The notes below the pieces were generated by a model, which saw nothing but the letters and a program-made list of their open reading frames with translations, ran no database searches and was not told the origin of the DNA. This document shows, piece after piece, positions 25,532-35,639 of a stretch of 64,000 nt of DNA. Positions within the stretch are counted from its first letter, which is position 1, and the number at the start of each line of letters is the position of its first letter. Origin of the DNA: Marsupella aquatica (taxonomy: Eukaryota > Plantae > Marchantiophyta); the NCBI GenBank assembly GCA_973895155.1, contig OZ316894.1, forward strand, positions 8,766,234 to 8,830,233. The letters run 5' to 3'. A program made the position numbers and the translations under genes.

Positions 25532-27337
25532 TCAGCATATCCGTAGCGGAAATAATGGCATGCGCACTATAGTAGTGGCCGCCCCCAACAGGGTACTTGT
25601 CATCCCTGTCACAACATCACGTGAATCCGCCAACTTCCTCTCACCTGGGTTAGTCCGAACCGGATTCATAGAGGTAGTTTGAACTGCCTCTAACAATGTA
25701 AACGATTGGGGAAGCTTCGTTTGACGACGAATATCCCCTCTCTGAGGATCCAACCCTACCACTGCTCCTCGTGGCTCAAGGGCTTTAACTGCTCCTCGAG
25801 TCAAAGCTGTTGATGCATCAACATGCGTAGTGCCACACATAAATCCCATGGTGGCAAGATCTGCATCAGCTCCATAAGAGGTTGAAGCTCCATAGGATGT
25901 AGAAGCCCCATCACTAGCAGTAGGTCTAACTTGAGAACTAGCCATTGCGGCTAGTTGTTGCTCCAATTGAGCAATCTTTGCATCTTTAGGATCTGTGGTA
26001 ACGATAGGAGCAACATCACCTCCCTGTCTTCCTGCATGTGGCATGCCTCGACCATGTCCACCACCTCTACCTCCTCTTCCCTGATCATACGCACGTGGTC
26101 CTCCCCGTCGTAGTTCAGGATGAAGTACAAAACACCTATCTTTGGTGTGTCCAGAAACTCCACAATGATCACACTGTCGTTGATCAGGTGTAGATGACCC
26201 TCCTTGCCCCCTATTATCCGGGCAATATCTTTGTGCATGATCCCCACCACAAGTCCAACATCCTGATTATTGTCCAGCATAAGAAGGCACAGGTCTCTGA
26301 CTACTAGATTCCCATGTTGTAGGCTTCTCTCTCTGGCTCTTACGTGCAGTAGGTTGCGGTGTGGGCGTCGATGCAACCTTTGGTGCTTCCTTGGCAAATC
26401 CGGAAGTCACCACCTTCTCATTCACCATATTGAGCTCGATGTGCTCAGCAAGTGCAAAAACTATAGCCAATGTGGGATCTGAATCCCTCAATAGAGTGGC
26501 ATCTCTCACTCTACGATGCAACTCCCTATCCAGAATTGCATACCAGAATTGGACCGCTTGGGCCTCTGTCACTCCTTGTGTGACCGTAATCAATCTTTGC
26601 ATACGAGTGTATGCCTCACGTAGGCTCTCTCCAGTCTTGTGCTGGAACTCTTGAAGACCCTTCAACTTATCGGTTCTCACACCCTGATAGTTCTGCTTCA
26701 ATACTTCAAAGAACTTCATCACAGGGTTAAATGTTGGCGCAGCTCCACTCCCAGCCACAATCACACCGGTAGGAGTAGCGGTGGATGCTGATGGAGTGCC
26801 ACTCTGGCTAGTGCTGCTAGAAGAAGCCGCAGCTGTAGCAATGGGTTGGGAAACCGCACTTGTGCCATAAGTGATGGACACATAGTTTGGTGACCAATGC
26901 TGTCTCCATGCCTCAATATCCACTAAATGAGCCTTTCAAAACTCATGGTAGTCATCCATGGGTGGCCCCTCCAAATGCTGAAACAACCCTTTCCAAGCCA
27001 TGAAAGGTGTGAACAATGTGGCATTACGCATTGTCTGCATATCACACCACGTATCAAACTCTTGGATGAAATCATCCAAATCAATTATGCCAACTGCACC
27101 AGAGTATCTCCTCGGCCCTTTCGTGGCCCCATACATCTCTTCCATATCCCACAACAATGGAACAGTCACTTGATATCGAGGAGAAGTGGCTACTAAGTCC
27201 TCGTCAGAATCACTATCTGAAACCCCACTTGTAACCACTAACAATGTCGTCGGCCGAAATTGCACTCCACTCCGAGTGAAACCAGACCGTCGTCCCTCGG
27301 GTAGCCCCGTATCACCAGAGGACTCCGTGATGACCAA
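25532..27337 (-). pseudogene. Retrotransposon gag with two CCHC zinc knuckles
   Basis: One frame broken by stops at 26936 and 26267; LQEFQHKTGESLREAYTRM gag motif; CWTCGGDHAQRYC and CDHCGVSGHTKDRC read directly after the 26267 stop. Confidence 0.88.
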
Positions 27338-27389
27338 TTTTCCCTAAATGGTCACCATCAACTCACCACTATCAATAATCAACCGATTG

Positions 27390-27752
27390 GCGAAATGGTG
27401 TTCCGTGGATACCCATAACTCAATCGCGGAACGGTGTTCCGTAATGCATCACCACCAATCTCCAAGACAATTGACGGAACGGTGTTCCGTCAATTGCTTA
27501 GTTGCGGGACAGTGTTCCGCAACCCTCCATCACCACTAGCCAAGCTAATTGGGGGAACAGTGTTCCGTGGAAAACCAATCTTCCCAAAATTATCACAACA
27601 AAATGGTAATTTGTACCCGATCGTTCTTCAATATGCACTCACGACGGAACAGTGTTCTGTGGAAGACCAATCTTCCCAAAACTACCACGACGGAACGGTG
27701 TTCCGCGGTCAACCAATCTCCAATATGCCCTCTCAACGGAACGGTGTTCCGT
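27390..27752. repeat. Array of nine palindromic units CGGAAC-RGT-GTTCCG with variable spacers in the retrotransposon leader
   Basis: Units near 27391, 27427, 27475, 27505, 27553, 27599 (degenerate), 27645, 27691 and 27737; period 30-48 bp. Confidence 0.9.
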
Positions 27753-29354
27753 GGAAGACCTTCACAACCCTATTGCTGCGAAAACCCCGCCGCAATTCCC
27801 GGACAAAGTCACTGTTCACTCACTTTGTCGTTTTCCTTGTGCCCTAGGTCGCCGCCGCACCTCGCCTCTCCGCGGTGCACTACGTCGCCTCTCCGCGGTG
27901 CGCTATGTCGCCGTAGGGGACACAATTCGTCAACCTTCAACATCACTTTCTTCGAAGGAATGCACTGTCCGTCAACATCAAACTTGATGAATCTCAAATC
28001 CGCAACATACAACTTCAACGATCAACCCCCGATTGGAACCATCCCTAACCAGAATCACAAACAATCACAAGTCCGACCAACTTGCCTTCACAAAACCGAA
28101 GCGAATACTCTTAGCAATCCGCGCATAACAATCGACGGCAACTTCCGATCATCGACCGCACATTCAGTCCTCCAACATGCTACAATGTCGATCGATGCAA
28201 ATCGCAACTCCAAACGCGCAACTCAACAACTCAAAGCTCCGCATCCACTCGAGCTTTCTCAACACCAACTTGTAACAGATCGAGATACCAGCGATCCGTT
28301 CAACAACAAAACCCGATCCGAGATACCACGAATCGTCAACAACAAAACTTCAACGAAATCGAACTTCTATTTGCACGATCCGTACATCAGAATTCGAAGC
28401 TCATCTTTCAATGTAATCTTCTTCAATAGTGCAAATCGAACAACGATCGGTGCTAATCCAACAACGATCCCATCCGACGCGATCACACATGTATGTCAAG
28501 CCCAACGCACCTTGTGCTTCAAGGAATCCACGTTACATGCACACAACTTGGTCAGCCACACCATAGCCACCAAGCTCATGCTCAAAGGCTCAACATTGAA
28601 AGATGAGGCCTTTGCGCCAACACAAGGGGATAACTATCCCTCACACCAACTCAAACTAAACATAGTGCTCATGTAGCACACATACAAACCTCTATACCTA
28701 GATAGTACGATATACTTTACCACCACTCTAAATGGTGTGACACCTTGCTTGTGGTGTGAATCAGTTTGGTGCTTGGTTACTGGTGCTGATCCTTGAATAT
28801 TGATCACTAGTGAGCGCTTGTTCACATGGATCTCTTGTGAGGAAGGGGAACCCAGTCTTACAAAATCCTCATACATATGTTTCTAGGGAGCTGTTATATA
28901 AAGTTGTTGAGACCACCCTTGGTCTCTACTTTGGCCCCAACCAGTTTCCAAAGTCAGTTTGCCATGTTGGGCTCCAACTTAATTAGAAATGCGCAGACTG
29001 ATATAGGTGTTGGAAGCCAAGGGCAAGGGCTATCAAACAAGAGACCAGCCACTGGACTCCAAGGTTGGGGTTGGAAAAGATGGACACATAGCAAGTCATC
29101 AAAAGTTGGTTAGGAATAAGATGAGGGAGAAGATAAAAGAGTACAAAAAGATGTTTTTTCGGGCTCTGAGTGACCCCCTTCCCTTAAAAAAAAGAGTACG
29201 AAAAGAAGAATACTAAGACATAGTATAGAAGGATTAGCAGTGTAGTTAGGGAATTAGGTGACTCCAAGGTATGTTAAAGGGTGAATGCTGTCAACTTTTG
29301 AATGAGTTTTTTCATTCCTAAATTCTTGGAGTCATAGTTTCAACCATGCTATTG

Positions 29355-29522
29355 AGGAAAGTGAGCACAAAGTGTGGGTCACACATCATGTTCTATTTTG
29401 GCTTAAAGCGCCACTGTCCATGACAAAACCTGGATCCAAGGAAAGTGAACACAAAGTGTGGGTCACACATCAGGTTCTACTTTGGCTTAAAGCGCCACTG
29501 TCCATGACAAAACCTAGATCCA
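29355..29522. repeat. 84-bp tandem duplication
   Basis: aggaaagtgaRcacaaagtgtgggtcacacatc...aaaacctRgatcca twice. Confidence 0.9.
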
Positions 29523-32500
29523 CATTCAAGGTTTCACCATTTTTAGTATTTTTTTCCTGAAATTTCGGAGCAAAATCTCACCCTAGAGGAGATGAATGTG
29601 AAAAAAGGAGAAGTATTAGACACTTCTATTTTATATGGCCAATGGTGGTTTAGTGTTTAGGGTCTTTGAAATTAACCTCCTTTTTCTCAACATTTTCATT
29701 CTTCCCAATCTTTTTTGTGTTCTAGAGCCCCAAGAACTCTGAACACTATGCATTCTAAGATTAAGGCTGAAGTTAGTTGTTGCTAATAATGAGAAGGATA
29801 CCATGAGTCCAATTGCAACTTTTTTGTGTCAAAACCAACTCCAAACTTATGAATGATTAAGTTCATAATATCATTCTCAAATTTATAGCAGCATGGACAA
29901 GCCACATGACATGAAACAAAAATTGCTACTAGAAAACTGTTTATCATCCATATTGCTCTAGATAGCTTAATTTGCAGGCTTCATAGACTTTTGATAATTG
30001 TTTTGATACATAAATGAAAAACTACAATGCATCATGCAAGAGGGATGCTGATGAGAAAATATAAGTGTGTTTGCAAATTGGGCTCAAGGTTCACCCCTAG
30101 GATGTTCTTATTGCAACAACCACTAGAGTTTTTTGAATTTCTCATGAGTTCAGAACAAAAGGGCTCTTTGGAAGTTAAAAAATGGATCCTTGTTGGAAAT
30201 TCAACAAAAATTATGTTTAATTCAAAATGTGAAATCTTACAAAGCTCTATCAAACTCAAAGTGCTTTAATCATCAAATTGGAACCATGCATTGATCATCC
30301 ATTTTACAAGTATTTTGTTTAGGACAAAAGACTAAGAAGTGGATACTCTTGCTGTCAAGACCTGGGGCATTATCATCACCGTAACTCTCCAACGGCTTGT
30401 TCTCTCCATGCAAAGTACTACACAAACACGTCCTGGAATATCATGCCCAACAGTTTGGATGTCACTACACGAATGTGCATCCTGCCATTGTGAATACACA
30501 ATGTTAATCATTTGGCCAAAAGTGAGCTGGTGCCAACACGTGGTGTGTGGAACATCAACTTGCTCGACCACACTCACTCCAGGAATCAAGTGAGCCTGTC
30601 TGACCAACCAGGCACGAAACCTATCACATGAAATTTGAGTAGTAGGTCCCTGTTGCAAACCAGCTGGAACGGATGGCAGGCCTAGTGCTACATGTACTGC
30701 ATGCTGATCTGTAACCTGTACCATAACTGCAAAGTAGTCCACTCCAAGCTTTGGGGCAATCTCTTGACACAGCTTCAGTGTCTCGGGGGTGATCAATTCT
30801 CTCACATTGTCTTCCCAAGTAATACGGACTCTCGCCTGATAGAGCACACAACACCCAAAGAAAAGTCTGACATTAAAGTTATCCACAATGTAAAGGGGCC
30901 AAAACCTGGGCCAGACTCTATTCTCAGACCTTTATTGTGTTTCCTTAAGCTTTCCCAAAGTTCCCTTGCAGCAGCATCATTTGGCAAATAAGCAGGAGAG
31001 TTATGGGGTTCACTTTGGTTAGCCTACTACTGTACAGTACCAGGGTTCACATCAATCTGGGGGAGCATCTCGCAGTAGAGGGAAGCAGCTTCTGCGGAGG
31101 GGAGCAGCTCACGAGCTTGGAAAGAACCTTGCATTGGAGGCTTTAGTGGAGTGGAGCAGCCTGATTACTCTCAGCGGCTCACATCAAAGGAGCACACAGG
31201 TCGCAGCCTGATTACTCTCAGCAGATTGCAGCGAAGGAGGGAAGTAGCTCGCAGGGGAGGGGAGAGGGTTGAAGCCTGAATATTTCTCAGCAGCTCGAGG
31301 CAATGAAGGGCCAGAGCTTGAGCTTCCAGCAATGGAGGCAAGGAACGTTGGCTCTGGGCAATGCTCAGTAGCTTGGAGCTATGGAGGGCCTGGGCAGCAA
31401 AGCCCCGACACTATTGTGGAGACAAAAGCACAAGTTTCACCCTGTATCTGGCCCCCAAGTAGTGAAAGTTTCAATTCCGATAAACTTGCCCAATAATTTA
31501 CTACAAGCTGAAGACGAGTCGCCCTTAATCACGCACATAATGGATGACTTTATTGTCATCAGTGGAACACAAAGTATTTTAGATAGTTATTGTTAAAAAA
31601 TTTAAAGAACACAAAAGCTTTTTCAAAAGGGTCATTTAAACCTATGTAGAATTCAAGGATTATGCAAATACACACATACTGACCTTTTGGGTCTTTTTGG
31701 GTTGGCTTCCCTGCTCTCCTTCCATCTGGTCCTGAATTCACACTATCATAATTTAATTAACCATCAGCAGTAACCATGAAAAATAAGATAAAACATATGA
31801 AAAAAGTTTCTAAAGATGGGTCAAAACCTACAACAGAAACAACACTAGCATGACGGGGGGACATTCCCCACATGCCTTTCAAAAGTTTAGATAACATAGC
31901 TTGGCATAATTAGGTCATGACTGAGAGAGCAGAACATTCATGGCAAACCAAAGAGCATCAAAAGTTGATGAAATTTAACTCATGCACCAAGCCATTTAAC
32001 AATGGACAATCAATACTGCAACTCACCAAATTCTATAGCAAATTGATTTCTATAACTCAAATAACCATGGTCTATTTTGAGCCACCCATGTAGCTAGCAA
32101 TTTTAACGGTGTGTACAAAGATCCTACTGTAGATCATCCTGAGCATGGAGGCGGGCTGAATACATGTGGCAAGGAAAACAGCGAAGCTGGTTTAGAGAGC
32201 CGGAAGTAGTGTCCGTTCGTGCAAGAGATGTAACCCACTTTCATATACCGCTACAACGAAAATCAGGCTACGCTCTCCACATCATCGCCACAGACTCTAT
32301 GAAGTGCAACGCAATGCAATGGAGAAATTCAATCTTGCTACACGCACGCAATTTCAGCAAAACAGTTCTCCAGTCTCACCTCGAGTATTTTGTTGGGGTG
32401 ATTCGCTATCGGAAGCCGTTGTGGAAAGCCCCTTGTGGAAGCGTCGTTGCCGATAACCCCTTCGCCAGGGTTTGCGACTGACTTATCTTGGAACGGCGGA

Positions 32501-35500
32501 GCGTGTCAAAGCTTTGAATTGTCCTGCTCGTCGAACTCGAGAAGCTTTGGAACATGCGCCTGCCCAGGAACGGTGAGAAGCAATGCTGGGAGGAAGAATG
32601 TGAGCGCCCCGCACGTTTCAGCAATCCAAGACACTGGTTGCCGAGAACAGACGAAGCTTGTGAGGGTCGGAGGGCCTTCCAAATACAAATTCTCCAATAT
32701 TGAGTGGGACGGATTCTTGCACTGCAGATGTTTGCTTGAGCGAGGATCAGGCGGAAGAGCAAGTGGTAACAGCCCAAGCGGTTTTATGAGAGTTATCGTT
32801 CAAAGGGCTGTCACTCTCGAGGTCTTGCAAGAATTCTGTTTAGGGTTAACGGATCCGAAAGCTGAAAACTTTCGAGGATGATCAGGAAGGAACAGCCAGT
32901 AGAGAAACTGGAAGCCAGTCTACATTCTAAAAATAGAGAAATAGAATCCGCACTCTACGAATGGACAAGTGTTGGAGGTCCCTTGTGTAGCGCGGAACGT
33001 TCTCAAGAAAATTGGGAGACGGGTTCTGGTTGAGGATAAGCCTTGATGTCGGGACTTGACTGGATAGAAAAGAGGGGAATGATAGAGGATGTCATTGATC
33101 GGAGGTTGGAGATTCTGAATCCTCCTGTGGCCATGGTCAATCATCTCATCCTCGTGTTTTGCATCGATTAGCCGCAAATTGATGAAAAGGTTTGGAGCTG
33201 CGTTCTCGTCGAGGTGGAATCGACGGACTTTCCTTTTTCCGTGGTACTGAACGAGGAGGACGTGGTACTGCCGGAGGTGAGTTCTCCAGAGGGAAGACAA
33301 ACCTTTACCAGCTAATAATGTGCTAAAATTACAGCTGTTCCATTTCGGTCAGAAGATGATCGTCTGACGCAAAGCAAGTGAACGCTCTGTGCAAGCGTCT
33401 GCCAACTTCTATGATTCAATTCCAAATTCTGTGAAACCAGAGTTCTTTCTATTCACATACCGACTGAGCAATGGGATTTTACAGACATCATTTCGTTTGA
33501 TGTCGTGCGCATTTTTAGAATTTATCCAAACCCAGTAGCTTCGATAGGTGCAAACTTCAAAAATGAATTACAGCAGTTTATTCACTTCCCTTGTTGGTCA
33601 TCGTGACAGAGTATGGAACACGTCGGTGACCATTTCATAGTCCAAATCTAGACTTTCGATCAGTGCTCGGGGTTGCAGCTAGCTCCAAACTAGCTGTCAT
33701 CACAAAATCACCATTTGTGCGTGACAGCGAGGAACGGATTTCCTCCCTTGTAGACAGTGATATTTGAGGCTCATCAAATAGTATAATTGTTCCAGCTTGT
33801 TCGCTACTCGCAGGAGCGGCTTGCAAGTTGGGGTTATGATCCGGTCCTGTGCGGGATAGCCACATAGCTGGCTCATCCTGCTTTTCTGGTCGCCAGACGG
33901 TCGTGGAAACTGTGAGACATAAGAATGACATATATATCGAGAATCAACGAGAATGGAGTCACTTAAGACGATGAGAATGACATATGTACCGAGAAGCAGT
34001 GAGATTCAAGTGACCAAAATAAACTTTTGGGCCGCTTAAGACAGTCAGTTCTTCGTTGCTATCCACGAACATCATTCGACTGTAGGATCAGAACTAATAT
34101 TGCGGAGCTACTGTGATTGACCGCTGGTGCTATTATTGTATGAATTCCAGGAAGTTTTGGTCTGTGGTGGACTTTGGTTTGTAAATTAGACAACCTTTAC
34201 CTACAGCAATGCTCAAGGAGACGAAATGTGAGGCATTCATTGTGGGAAAATGCTCTCAAGAGCCTATTAAATGCCTTCTGTGTTTTGATTTTAACCAAGC
34301 TTTGAAATTCCTGACAAAACCCAAAGCAAAAGTTGAATTCAGGATGGAGTTCTATGTTTGCCAAAATACTAGGATAGGCTTCTGTCAAGCGGATGGCTTA
34401 AAGTTAAACCCTGTTTTCTGCTCATATGGTACATATCATGCACTTGAATCCAGGATGGACCTCCATGTTTGCCAAATGCTTGGATAGGCTTTTGTAACCT
34501 GCTAGAGTTTGGAATGTAGTGAAAAGCTCTTTCCTGCTCATATGGTACATATCATGCAAATGAGTCAATTATGACATGAAAACCTATCATCCATGGAAAT
34601 TTGTTGGTCTCTCAATTTCCATCAAATTTGATAGTATGGATTCACTGGAAAGATATTCCAATATGACTGTATCTAACTAAGCGAGAAACACTCCATTCCA
34701 TGAAGTGTGGATAATGACCAAGTAATTTTTAGAAATTCCTAGCCCTCAACTCTTCATGAAAATTAGAGAGATTAAACTTGTCGGAAAGATGTTTCCAAAC
34801 TACTTTTAACAGGCAAATTAACTCCACATGCAGTTCAATATTAAGTTGAAATTTTCTTGCTGAAACATGTTTGGAAATGGGAATGATCAATGGAAAACAC
34901 TTCTTGAGAAAGAAAGGGTGTCTATGTTGCTAGGGATATGCATGGTTCACAGGCTGCTTTGATTATGGTGACAGTTTTTCTTACCCATGAGGAGTTTTTT
35001 ATGTGTCCAACTTGCACACTCCTTGAAATCCAGTGAAGGTCAACTCCCCACAGCCTTCACTGCGTCCAACCTGCTATTCTCCCCACAACTCGCACACTCC
35101 TTGAAATCCAGTTGTTGGGTCAACTCCCCACAACTTCCAGAGTGCTTGGCCATCTCACCATTCCACTAACCATCAATTAATATGAACAATACAATACAAT
35201 CTCCAACTTTCACTCAAAATCAACTCTTATGAACAAAACAATCCAACTCACTAACATTAGGATAGTAAATAAATAGAGGAGGGGTTCATCATTTCATAAG
35301 AAATTCTAAATCTTGGGTTTAAGGATTATGCTCAAGGGTTTGGCGCCGAAAATGGACTGGAATTTAAATACAGAAATAACGAAAAGCACGATTCTCTCTC
35401 GCCCTGTCGTTGGGTTCAAATCTGCGACAGCGGTTTGTGCACGCGTTGCTGGTTTGGCCCACCGATATCGTCGCACAATTCCCATTCTCAAGGTAATTGC

Positions 35501-35639
35501 CATACATTTGCGCTCTCCGTTTGTTGAGGACAGGAGACATGTTAATTGCGCCGTTCATGGTTTCTCTCACTGTGCAATCACTATGTGCGCGGGTTAGGGA
35601 ACTGCCGATGTCTTACAGAGTATCGGAGAGCTGGAGCTG

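Larger units (their letters stand above)
20392..28740 (-). mobile_element. Decayed Ty3/gypsy LTR retrotransposon carrying a DNMT3-like methyltransferase and a PHD finger; 5' boundary uncertain
   Basis: Collinear gag, MTase, RT, RNase H, integrase and PHD on the minus strand (gypsy RT-RH-IN order), interrupted by 7 in-frame stops and 2 frame breaks. Confidence 0.93.

Noticed and set aside
27390-27752. CRISPR array
   Set aside because: Repeat core only about 15-17 bp, spacers related to each other, no cas genes, eukaryotic retrotransposon context.
27549-28676. 375-aa plus-strand ORF antisense to the retrotransposon
   Set aside because: No recognisable domain; begins in the repeat array without ATG; the A/C-rich, T-poor strand naturally lacks stops. 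Not fully excluded.
28736-29467. 5' LTR or solo LTR starting TGTGACACC
   Set aside because: No similarity to 20392-20533 beyond TGACA and no target-site duplication found.
32164-33300. Coding-like segment, possibly an LRR/F-box relic
   Set aside because: Stops in all frames and no convincing motif.
34330-35130. Short local duplications upstream of SNM1 (similar ones near 31150, 40500, 48560 and 52700)
   Set aside because: Two-copy degenerate duplications typical of intergenic or TE debris; no further structure.
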